From contig CAMJFY010000007.1 in the NCBI GenBank assembly GCA_946405105.1, positions 882 through 64,881 on the forward strand: DNA of 64,000 nt, read 5' to 3'. This DNA comes from an uncultured Bacillales bacterium. GTDB lineage: Bacteria > Bacillota_I > Bacilli_A > Acholeplasmatales > Anaeroplasmataceae. The notes beneath the pieces are model-generated. The model worked only from the letters and a program-made list of their open reading frames with translations. It was not told the origin of the DNA and ran no database searches. Positions 8,380 through 16,893 of this stretch are shown here, piece after piece; position 1 is the stretch's first letter, and each line of letters opens with the position of its first letter. The position numbers and the translations under genes are program-made.

Positions 8380-8602
8380 TCCGTTCGAATCCAACTAAAT
8401 GGCCGGAACTATATCCACACTGTTGGCAAAAGTGTTGGCAAGAGTACCTGTATATACCCTAGTTCACATTCAACGCGTTCCAAACCTAAGCAATAAAGCC
8501 ACATTTAATGTTTAGGAACCGGATGTAGCATTTTACTTAGGAGGGCATCGTTATATCCGTTTAACTATCAGGGCATTTAAAAATAACACAATAATTATAT
8601 CA
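8380..8602 (-). ncRNA. unclassified structured RNA candidate that begins with a tRNA-Arg(CCU)-like 5' half
   Basis: An extended -10 (TGATATAAT, 8602-8594) lies on the minus strand. G+C is locally high (28 of 60 nt in 8401-8460). The minus strand at 8574-8537 reads GCCCTGA TA GTTA AACGGATA TAAC G ATGCC CTCCTAA, with no matching 3' half. Internal hairpins: GTTCC(T)AAAC/GTTTGGAAC and CCA(A)CACT/AGTGTGG. Confidence 0.35.
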
Positions 8603-8700
8603 TATTTAATAAGTTGTTAAAATATTTTTATTTGTATGAAAATGCTCTTAGTTTTACAGCATTATCATAGTATGATAAAATAAAAGTTAGGGGAAGTGAT

Positions 8701-11322
8701 ATGATGAAAAAGATAGGGATAATGCTTTATACATTATTAGCTGTTTTAGTTTTAGTATCTTGTTCTTCAAGCAAGAAGAAAAAAGAAGAAGCAGATAAGG
8801 GTATTAAAGTAAACATCGTTGATGAAATCAAATTTGATAATAAATATGATGATCAAATGGAAGCTATTCCTTTTGATAATCCTAATATGTATCAAAGCAC
8901 ATATATGGATGTTGATCCTGATTTTGCAGTTACAGTAGAATCTACATCTAGATTATTCTCATCTAGTGAATTAGCTAGTAGTGTTTCTGCAAAAGATTCT
9001 AAGGGTCAAAATGTTAGTTTAAATGTTCATTCATTAAATGATGCTGAAAAGACATTATACGAAATTAAAGCTGCTGGCGGATATAAGCCAGGAGATGCAT
9101 ATACAATTGAACTTCCAAATGTAGATACCTTATTATTTGAAGGAAAGTCTCCTGAAATAAGAAAGATATTATTTACAGTTAAGGAAGAAGAAAAAGATAA
9201 TGCGAAATTAAAAATTAATTATACAAATTATGATTTTAACAAAGTAACTCACTTTGAGGGCTTTGGTGATTATAACACATACCTATATTATTCAGGTGAT
9301 GATCTTGATTGTTCTGCTGGAGATATTATAATGTTTTCAGATGGTGATAATGAGAAGGTATATATTAAAGTAAAGAGTGTATCAACAGAAAATGGACAAT
9401 ATAAAATATATTATGAAAGTGCTGATGTATCTGATATTTTTGAAGAATTAGATGTCCATATTGATAATAGAGAAGTAGATATTGAAAATGATTTTGTATT
9501 AAATGATATTCAAGAAATAGCTGAACAAATTAAGAATTCAGAAGCTACATGGACATATTGTTATGCAGTAGCTGATGCGTATGGATTCTTACCTCATTTA
9601 TCTGATTTTATTGATCAAGTATCATTTAATTTCTCATTCAAGGCTACTGGAAATTCATTTACTTTAGGTGCTGAAGCTACATTTACTTATACAGATAGTA
9701 AGGGATGGAGAACAGTAGGTGTCTTAAGATTTGAATGGCAAAAGACTTTAAATGTCAGTGGAGATGGAGAAATTGAAACATTCTTAGGTATTCCAATTGG
9801 AGTAAGTATGAATTGCTCAGTTGGAACTGATACTAGATATTCTGTTCAATTTTGTGTAACAAGAAAGAATAAGAAATTTAAATCTTATAATACTGAAGAT
9901 ACACCAAAGAATCTTGATATGGATAAGGCTAGAGAAGCCGTAGAAGATTTACAAAATGGTTTCACTAGACTAGAAGAATTTGGTTACAAAAAAGATGTCG
10001 TTGTTGGTGATACAATAATGATTAATGTAGGTCATATTTCATTTAAATATGGATGGTTCTCAGCTGATTTTGATCTATATGCATGCTTAAAATTCCAAAC
10101 AGACATTACAATAGGTGCTAAATATACTTATAGTACACATGAAGTATTAATTAGTTATTCAACTTCTAGAAGTGAACCAGAAGGACCAAAAGAAGATTAT
10201 TCAGATTCTGCAGTTTCACCTTCAGATGTTAGTGCGAAGACATTAAATTTCTATTTATGTGGTACTTTAGGTATTGAAGCATATTTAAAATTAAGAGTTA
10301 CAATTTATATTACAGGATTAAAATATATCGCAAATCTTGCTTTAGATGTTGATGCCGGTGTTTATTTTGATTTATCAGGAATGGCAACTGGTGGATATAA
10401 TTTTAATACTGGACAGTGGGATGGCAATTTTGGAGTATCCATCGAACCAGGAATATTCTTTAGAATATCTTTAAGTGTTAATTTAGTTTGGGTAGTACAC
10501 TTTAACTGGGAATTATATGGCGTTAGATATCCAATGTTTAAATTAGGATATAAATTTGATATTAGAGAAAGATCTACAAATGAAACTCTAGAATTAAATC
10601 TAAAAGAAACTGAAATAAATAATACTAATATGTTAGTGTTTGATGCGGTTGATGGTGGATCTTTATCAGTTTCTGCAAAGCAATTTAAATATGATGAACA
10701 AATTACATGGTTTGAAACTGGAAACGGAAACAATAAAGAAACATATAGATTATTTACAGAAATTAAATCAAATTCATCTGATTTAACAATAGAAAATGGT
10801 AAATTAATTATAAGAGATGGAGTAGCTGAAACAAGCGGTACTATAACTGTTAAGGTTAGAACTAATCCATTTAGAGAAAGAGAAACTATAATTAATTTCC
10901 ACTACAAATCAAAAGATGCTAGAAATGTAACATTTGATGGTCAAAATTCTACACCTTATCTTCCAGGACAAAAAATATCGTTCCCAACACCTCAAAAGAG
11001 AGAAGGATATGTGTTTAGAGGCTGGTCTTTAAATGGTGAATTAGTTGATTATAAGAATGGCTATACAATGCCTGATAATAATATCAACTTTGTAGCTGAA
11101 TATCTAGAAGATAAGTATTATACAGTTAAATTCTATGACGGAAAGAATAATTGGGTATTCACAGCATATGTAAAGACATTAGAGGATGCAGCAACTCCAA
11201 CTGTAGCTATGAGAGATAGATTTATGGATGAAGACTATGTATTTGTTTGTTATGACAAAGAATTTACTGCAGTAACATGTGATCTTGAAGTCCACGCCAT
11301 TTACGAAAGGAGTGGAGAATAA
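8701..11322 (+). CDS. large surface lipoprotein with C-terminal Listeria-Bacteroides (Flg_new-type) repeats
   Basis: GGGGAAGTGA precedes ATG. Signal MMKKIGIMLYTLLAVLVLVSCSSS. C-terminal repeats carry the GY.F.GW signature (REGYVFRGWSLNGELV). Promoter: TTTACA, 17 nt, TAAAAT at about 8663-8691. Confidence 0.75.
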   Translation: MMKKIGIMLYTLLAVLVLVSCSSSKKKKEEADKGIKVNIVDEIKFDNKYDDQMEAIPFDNPNMYQSTYMDVDPDFAVTVESTSRLFSSSELASSVSAKDSKGQNVSLNVHSLNDAEKTLYEIKAAGGYKPGDAYTIELPNVDTLLFEGKSPEIRKILFTVKEEEKDNAKLKINYTNYDFNKVTHFEGFGDYNTYLYYSGDDLDCSAGDIIMFSDGDNEKVYIKVKSVSTENGQYKIYYESADVSDIFEELDVHIDNREVDIENDFVLNDIQEIAEQIKNSEATWTYCYAVADAYGFLPHLSDFIDQVSFNFSFKATGNSFTLGAEATFTYTDSKGWRTVGVLRFEWQKTLNVSGDGEIETFLGIPIGVSMNCSVGTDTRYSVQFCVTRKNKKFKSYNTEDTPKNLDMDKAREAVEDLQNGFTRLEEFGYKKDVVVGDTIMINVGHISFKYGWFSADFDLYACLKFQTDITIGAKYTYSTHEVLISYSTSRSEPEGPKEDYSDSAVSPSDVSAKTLNFYLCGTLGIEAYLKLRVTIYITGLKYIANLALDVDAGVYFDLSGMATGGYNFNTGQWDGNFGVSIEPGIFFRISLSVNLVWVVHFNWELYGVRYPMFKLGYKFDIRERSTNETLELNLKETEINNTNMLVFDAVDGGSLSVSAKQFKYDEQITWFETGNGNNKETYRLFTEIKSNSSDLTIENGKLIIRDGVAETSGTITVKVRTNPFRERETIINFHYKSKDARNVTFDGQNSTPYLPGQKISFPTPQKREGYVFRGWSLNGELVDYKNGYTMPDNNINFVAEYLEDKYYTVKFYDGKNNWVFTAYVKTLEDAATPTVAMRDRFMDEDYVFVCYDKEFTAVTCDLEVHAIYERSGE

Positions 11323-12689
11323 TGAAAAAGATATATAGATTTTTATTAGTATTACTTGTAGTTATTACATTAGCATCTTGCAGTAAAAAAGCTACAAAAG
11401 ATGATAATAATAATTCTAATGATAATAACATTACAAAATATGAACCATTAGTTACTTCATTTAATCATAATAAATCAATTAAGCAGTTAAAATTCATCAA
11501 TATTCCAGAAGAAGCAATTCAAATTGGATATTTTGGTTCTAGTAATATTTTATTAGAAGCAGAATATACAGACGGTACAACTGATAGAATGCATATTACA
11601 GAAAAGATGTTTTCTGAAGATAAATTAGATGAATTTAAAACTCCAGGTAAAAAATATTTTGATTTTGTATATATGAATAATCATATTCCTCTAAGATTTG
11701 AATTAAAGGAAGCAGAAACACCTGCAAAATTCACTGTTAATTTTGTAGATAAAGATGGTAATTTATTAGAATCAAAAACAGTAAAATATTTAGATGGTGT
11801 TAAATACACAGGTAATAAGAATCTAAGCTATGTATTTAATAATAGATATTATAAATATGTTGATAAATGGGATCAAAACCTAAATCATATTTATGCCAAT
11901 ATTACAACTAAGCCACTATTTGAAGAGTGTGCAATAGAATATAGTTATGATGATTATTATAAAGAAAATGGTTATCTATATAATGTTGTTGCAACATCAG
12001 GAACTTCTGATGCTAAAAAAGCATTAGTATATATAGGTAGATTAAATAATTCACCTTTAGTATCTTTAGGAACAAAGACAAGAGAACATTATAAAGATAC
12101 TGAATATGAATATGATATTGATAAAAATGTTAGTAAACCTAATTTCTTAAATGCATATAGTGAAACAGTAAAAAATAGAGTATTGAATGCATATTATCAT
12201 GAAGTTATGCAACAACCATTTTATAATCCATATGTATTCAACGCATATTTATTAAGCATTGATTCAACAAATTTCATTAGAGATTTATCAGATGTAGGAT
12301 TTAATCCAACATCACTTACACCTGTAAGTAGAAGTGGATATGCAACTTCATATAAATCATTATTCAATATCATGTATGTTGATCCACTATATAATACATA
12401 TATGGCTGATAATAGTAATCTATTAAGTCTTCAAGAAGATGACTTATTAGGTAATTATGAATTATGCTTAATGGCTGATTTAGATATATATTTATATTTA
12501 GATTTTAGTATCCAAAATGATTATGGAACTTATAATTATTATTTAAGTAATGCACAACTTGCAGTTACATATGTAGCTGAAACAGTAAGAATGGATTATG
12601 TTTATAAAAAAGATAATAATGAATCATATTCAAATGATTTATTAGTAAGTAATGCAATCTTATCTGATACATTAACTTTATCATTATAA
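11322..12689 (+). CDS. lipoprotein of unknown function, translationally coupled to the upstream gene
   Basis: The ATG overlaps the upstream TAA (TAATG). Signal MKKIYRFLLVLLVVITLASCSKK. Confidence 0.7.
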   Translation: MKKIYRFLLVLLVVITLASCSKKATKDDNNNSNDNNITKYEPLVTSFNHNKSIKQLKFINIPEEAIQIGYFGSSNILLEAEYTDGTTDRMHITEKMFSEDKLDEFKTPGKKYFDFVYMNNHIPLRFELKEAETPAKFTVNFVDKDGNLLESKTVKYLDGVKYTGNKNLSYVFNNRYYKYVDKWDQNLNHIYANITTKPLFEECAIEYSYDDYYKENGYLYNVVATSGTSDAKKALVYIGRLNNSPLVSLGTKTREHYKDTEYEYDIDKNVSKPNFLNAYSETVKNRVLNAYYHEVMQQPFYNPYVFNAYLLSIDSTNFIRDLSDVGFNPTSLTPVSRSGYATSYKSLFNIMYVDPLYNTYMADNSNLLSLQEDDLLGNYELCLMADLDIYLYLDFSIQNDYGTYNYYLSNAQLAVTYVAETVRMDYVYKKDNNESYSNDLLVSNAILSDTLTLSL

Positions 12690-12694
12690 AAAAT

Positions 12695-12724
12695 ATGGCT
12701 TCTCACTATAAAGCGAGAAGCCAT
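12695..12724. terminator. bidirectional terminator between convergent genes
   Basis: ATGGCTTCTCaC tataaa GcGAGAAGCCAT, flanked by A-runs and T-runs. Confidence 0.75.
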
Positions 12725-12733
12725 TTTAATTTA

Positions 12734-13921
12734 TTACTTTTTATATGAATCAAATAATTTTTGGAATGCTGGTAAAGAATTAATAATTGTTTTAGAAGAA
12801 ACACAATAAGCTAATCTTACGTATCCCTTTACACCAAAATTATCACTTGGTACAACAATAATATTGAATTCTTTAGCTTTTTCCATGAATTTATATGCAT
12901 CAGATTCAAGTGCCTTCATAAATAAATAGAATGCACCTTCAGGTTTAACACATTCATAACCAATCTTTGTTAATCCATTATAGATTAAATCCCTATTCTT
13001 TTGATATTCATTCATATCAGAAGTTAAATCAGCACATAATTCAATAGCGTGTTGCATTAAAGAAGGAGCACATACATAGCCATATGCTCTACCAGCACCT
13101 AGACATGCTAAATATAAATTCTTAGAATCATATGCCTTATCAGGTACTAGAATATATCCAATTCTTTCTCCTGGAAGTGATAAGCTCTTTGAATAAGAAT
13201 AACATACAACTGTGTTGTCATATAAATTAGGAATATGAGATACCTTTGCATTGCCATAAACAATCTCTCTATATGGTTCATCACAAATAATATAAATTGC
13301 ATGATTATATTCTTTTTCTTTTTGTCTTAAGAAATCAGCTAATTTATTTAAATCAGCTTCTGTATAAACAACACCAGAAGGGTTATTAGGAGAATTAACG
13401 ATAATAGCTTTTGTATTTTTATTAATTACATTTTTTAAATCATCAAAATTAATACCAAATGTTTCCATATTAGGTTTAACAACCTTGAATGTTGCTCCTG
13501 CACCCTCAACGAATACCTTATATTCAGTGAAATAAGGAGCTAATGCTAATATTTCATCATTAATAGATTCAGTAATAGCTCTTAATGTTATACAAAGTGA
13601 TGCGGCAGCACCACAAGTCATATAAATGTTATTAAGAGAATAAGAAGTATTGAATCTATTATTCAAATCTTTAGCAATATTTTCTCTTGTTTTGTTATCA
13701 CCAGGGGCAGAAGTATAACCATGAGAATATGTATCGTCTCCTGCTTCAATTATTTTAATTAATGCTTCATTAAGCTTTGGATTAGGCTTTACTGATGGAT
13801 TTCCTAATGAGAAATCATAAACATTATCAGCACCAATTTCTAGTTTTCTTTGTTTAGAGAATTCAAATAATTCTCTTATTATTGATCTATTTGAGCCTAA
13901 GCCCAACATTTCCTTATTCAT
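12734..13921 (-). CDS. class I/II pyridoxal-phosphate-dependent aminotransferase
   Basis: GGAGG lies upstream. PLP-lysine box YSYSKSLSLPGERIGY and NSPNNPSG box. 395 aa. Confidence 0.85.
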   Translation of the reverse strand: MNKEMLGLGSNRSIIRELFEFSKQRKLEIGADNVYDFSLGNPSVKPNPKLNEALIKIIEAGDDTYSHGYTSAPGDNKTRENIAKDLNNRFNTSYSLNNIYMTCGAAASLCITLRAITESINDEILALAPYFTEYKVFVEGAGATFKVVKPNMETFGINFDDLKNVINKNTKAIIVNSPNNPSGVVYTEADLNKLADFLRQKEKEYNHAIYIICDEPYREIVYGNAKVSHIPNLYDNTVVCYSYSKSLSLPGERIGYILVPDKAYDSKNLYLACLGAGRAYGYVCAPSLMQHAIELCADLTSDMNEYQKNRDLIYNGLTKIGYECVKPEGAFYLFMKALESDAYKFMEKAKEFNIIVVPSDNFGVKGYVRLAYCVSSKTIINSLPAFQKLFDSYKK

Positions 13922-13954
13922 AATATACCTCCAGAAAAATCAATTAATATAATA

Positions 13955-14019
13955 CTATAAAATATAGTTATAATCAATCAAAGAATAAAAATCTCTAAAA
14001 AATAACTATTAATATAGTT
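13955..14019. promoter_or_regulatory. two palindromic operator candidates in the divergent aminotransferase / thioesterase promoter region
   Basis: ACTATAaaaTATAGT at 13955-13969 and AACTATtaatATAGTT at 14004-14019. A third AAATATAGTT lies at 14511-14520, just after a TGATATAAT -10 ahead of iorA. Confidence 0.4.
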
Positions 14020-14068
14020 AAAAATTTGGTATACTCAAAAATGTAAGTTTAAGCGAGGTGTATGAAAA

Positions 14069-14470
14069 ATGTATGATTTAAATTATCTAAAAAATTTTTT
14101 TAAGGATGATTTATTTGCGATGAAGCAATTAGGTGCTGAAATAATTGATGCTCATGATGATTATGCAAAATGTTCTTTTAAAGTAGAAAAGAATCATCAA
14201 AATGCAAAGAATACAATTATGGGTGGTGCATTATTTACTTTAGCAGATTTTACATTTGCGGTAGCTACTAATCAGCATGAAGAATACTTGACTGTATCTA
14301 CAACTGCAAGTATTAGCTATTTTAGACCTGGCTTAGGAGAAATTATTTATGCTGAAGCAAATAAAATTAAAGATGGAAAGACAACTTGTTTTTATGAAGT
14401 TTCTATCTATAATGAAAAGAATGTTTTAATTGCGAAGGTAAGTATAAGTGGAAATCACATTGCTAATTAA
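14069..14470 (+). CDS. PaaI-family hotdog-fold acyl-CoA thioesterase
   Basis: 133 aa. The GGALFTLADFTFAVATN motif is typical of PaaI/YdiI thioesterases. GAGGTG SD. Confidence 0.7.
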   Translation: MYDLNYLKNFFKDDLFAMKQLGAEIIDAHDDYAKCSFKVEKNHQNAKNTIMGGALFTLADFTFAVATNQHEEYLTVSTTASISYFRPGLGEIIYAEANKIKDGKTTCFYEVSIYNEKNVLIAKVSISGNHIAN

Positions 14471-14566
14471 ATATTTAATTAATATTTATGATTAAGTGTG
14501 ATATAATAACAAATATAGTTTTATGAGGAGGATATAATCATTTACTGATTATAGCAAAAAAGTATT

Positions 14567-16306
14567 ATGAAAAAATTATTAATTGGTAATGCTGCAGTAG
14601 CAAGAGGTGCTTATGAAGCTGGATGTAGTGTTGTTTCATCATATCCTGGTACACCTTCAACTGAAATAACAGAATCAATGGTTGAATACACTGATGTTAA
14701 TGTTGAATGGGCACCAAATGAAAAGGTAGCTGCTGAAGTATCTATTGGAGCATCAATGGCTGGTGCTAGAGCAATGTCTTGTATGAAGCACGTTGGATTA
14801 AATGTTATGGCAGACCCTTTATTCACTGTATCTTATATTGGAGTTAACGGTGGTTTAGTATTCTGTGTAGCTGATGACCCTGGTATGCATTCAAGCCAAA
14901 ATGAACAAGACTCTCGTCATTACGCAAAGGCATCAAAGGTTTTAATGGTAGAGCCTTCTGATTCAGCAGAATGTAAATCTTATACTAAACAAGCATTTGA
15001 ATTATCTGAAAAATTTGATACTCCAGTTATTTTAAGATTATCTACAAGAGTATCACATTCTCAAAGCTTAGTTGAGATTGAAGATAAGATTGATTATAAA
15101 TTAAAGGATTATAACAAGGATATAGCTAAGAATGTTATGATGCCTGGTAATGCTATTAAGAAGCATGTAATTGTAGAAAAGAGACATTTAGATGAAATTG
15201 CATTCGCTAATGAATCTCCATTAAATACAATTGAGAATAACAACAAGAAGATTGGTGTTATTACTGCAGGTATTTCATATGTATATTCTAAAGAAGCATT
15301 AGGTGATAATGTTGATTATTTAAAGCTTGGTATTGTTAATCCATTACCTACAACAAAGATTATTGATTTCTGTAAGAATCATGAAAAGGTATTTGTTATT
15401 GAAGAATTAGATCCATTCATTGAAGAGCATGTTAGAGCATTAGGTGTTACTAATGTAATTGGAAAAGAAGTATTTACATTACTTGGTGAATATACACCTA
15501 AGATGATTAAGAAGGCTGTATTAAATGAAGAAGGACCTGAATTCAATGAAATAAAAGAAACAATCCCTATGCGTCCTCCAGTAATGTGTCCTGGTTGCCC
15601 TCATAGAGGAACATTCTATGTATTAAAGAAATTAGGACTTGTAGTATCTGGAGATATCGGATGCTATACACTAGGTGCAGTAGCTCCACTACAATCAGTT
15701 GATTCAACTATTTGTATGGGTGCATCAGTATCTGCAGGCTTTGGTATGGCTAAGGCACGTGGTAAAGAATTTAATAAGAAGCTAGTATCTGTAATTGGTG
15801 ATTCAACATTCATCCATTCAGGTATTACAGGATTAATTGATATTGTTTATAACAAGGGTGCTAATACAGTTATTATTCTAGATAACTCAATTACAGGTAT
15901 GACAGGTCATCAACAAAACCCAACTACTGGTAAAACAATTAGAATGGAAGAAACATCTCAAGTTAACCTAATTAAATTAGCTGAATCTGTAGGTGTTAAG
16001 AGAATCGTTGTTGCAGATCCATTCGATGTTAAGAATTTTGAAAAGGTTGTTAAGGCAGAGGTTGAAGCTGATGAGGTTTCAGTAATCATTGCTCAAAGAC
16101 CTTGTGCACTATTAAAGGGTGTTAAATACATTGGTAAGTGTGAGGTTTCTGACAAGTGTAAGAAGTGTAAGCAATGTATGAAGCTTGGATGTCCTGCAAT
16201 TTCTAATGTAGATGGAAATATTGTAATAGATAAGAATCAATGTAATGGATGTGGATTATGTATGAATGTATGTCCATTTGATGCAATAGTTAAGGTTGGT
16301 GAATAA
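14567..16306 (+). CDS. iorA: indolepyruvate:ferredoxin oxidoreductase subunit alpha
   Basis: N-terminus MKKLLIGNAAVARGAYEAG. TPP-binding GDSTFIHSG. C-terminal 2x[4Fe-4S] Cys clusters (CNGCGLCMNVCPFDAI). Confidence 0.85.
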   Translation: MKKLLIGNAAVARGAYEAGCSVVSSYPGTPSTEITESMVEYTDVNVEWAPNEKVAAEVSIGASMAGARAMSCMKHVGLNVMADPLFTVSYIGVNGGLVFCVADDPGMHSSQNEQDSRHYAKASKVLMVEPSDSAECKSYTKQAFELSEKFDTPVILRLSTRVSHSQSLVEIEDKIDYKLKDYNKDIAKNVMMPGNAIKKHVIVEKRHLDEIAFANESPLNTIENNNKKIGVITAGISYVYSKEALGDNVDYLKLGIVNPLPTTKIIDFCKNHEKVFVIEELDPFIEEHVRALGVTNVIGKEVFTLLGEYTPKMIKKAVLNEEGPEFNEIKETIPMRPPVMCPGCPHRGTFYVLKKLGLVVSGDIGCYTLGAVAPLQSVDSTICMGASVSAGFGMAKARGKEFNKKLVSVIGDSTFIHSGITGLIDIVYNKGANTVIILDNSITGMTGHQQNPTTGKTIRMEETSQVNLIKLAESVGVKRIVVADPFDVKNFEKVVKAEVEADEVSVIIAQRPCALLKGVKYIGKCEVSDKCKKCKQCMKLGCPAISNVDGNIVIDKNQCNGCGLCMNVCPFDAIVKVGE

Positions 16307-16307
16307 A

Positions 16308-16871
16308 ATGAATATTATGATTGTCGGCGTAGGTGGCCAAGGAACATTATTAGCCTCAAGAATATTAGGTAACATCGTTATCGAAGAAGGATATGATGTT
16401 AAAGTATCTGAGGTTCATGGTATGAGTCAAAGAGGTGGCTCAGTAGTAACTTATGTTAAATTTGGAGATAAGGTATATTCACCAATTATTGACAAGGGTG
16501 AGGCTGATATCATCTTAGCATTTGAAATGCTAGAAGCATATAGAGCATTACCTTATTTAAAGAAAGACGGTAAGATCATCGTTAATAACCAAGAAATGAA
16601 TCCAATGCCAGTTATCATTGGTGCAATGGAATATCCAAAGGATATAAAAGAAAAATTAGAAAGTGTAGTTAACGTTGAATGTGTTAACGCACTAGATCTT
16701 GCTAAAGAAGCAGGTAATATTAAAGCTGTAAATGTAGTATTAATTGGTATTTTAGCAAAGAGTACTAATATTAAATATGAAAAGTGGATTGAAGTATTAA
16801 AGAATACTGTTCCAGCTAAATTATTAGACGTAAATTTAAAAGCATTTGATTTAGGATATAATCTAAAATAA
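16308..16871 (+). CDS. iorB: indolepyruvate:ferredoxin oxidoreductase subunit beta
   Basis: ATG 16308 gives MNIMIVGVGGQGTLLASRILG, typical of the gamma/beta subunit of 2-oxoacid:ferredoxin oxidoreductases. It abuts the iorA stop. Confidence 0.8.
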   Translation: MNIMIVGVGGQGTLLASRILGNIVIEEGYDVKVSEVHGMSQRGGSVVTYVKFGDKVYSPIIDKGEADIILAFEMLEAYRALPYLKKDGKIIVNNQEMNPMPVIIGAMEYPKDIKEKLESVVNVECVNALDLAKEAGNIKAVNVVLIGILAKSTNIKYEKWIEVLKNTVPAKLLDVNLKAFDLGYNLK

Positions 16872-16893
16872 AAAATTAAGGAGAGAAAAAGAA

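Noticed and set aside
8380-8602. The structured segment considered as tmRNA, SRP RNA, RNase P RNA, 6S RNA or a group I intron in tRNA-Arg(CCU)
   Set aside because: tmRNA is excluded because GGATTCGAACGG resembles the tmRNA 5' region but only about 30 nt follow before the tRNA promoter, and there is no tag ORF or 3' T-arm-CCA. SRP is excluded because there is no GGAA-capped domain IV motif (AGGUCCGGAAGGAAGCAGC). RNase P is excluded because there is no GAGGAAAGUCC / ACAGAA core. A group I intron is excluded because no internal guide GGG/AGG lies near the 5' end to pair with CCU, there is no recognisable 3' exon (GGCAT, T-arm, TCAGGGC), and at about 160 nt the segment would be unusually small. 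It is therefore left unclassified.
14523-14537. ATGAGGAGGATATAA upstream of iorA, considered as a mini-ORF (MRRI) or orphan SD
   Set aside because: The same bases form a TATAAT -10 box (14533-14538). An in-frame TAG at 14552 prevents any N-terminal extension of iorA. It is more simply promoter sequence.
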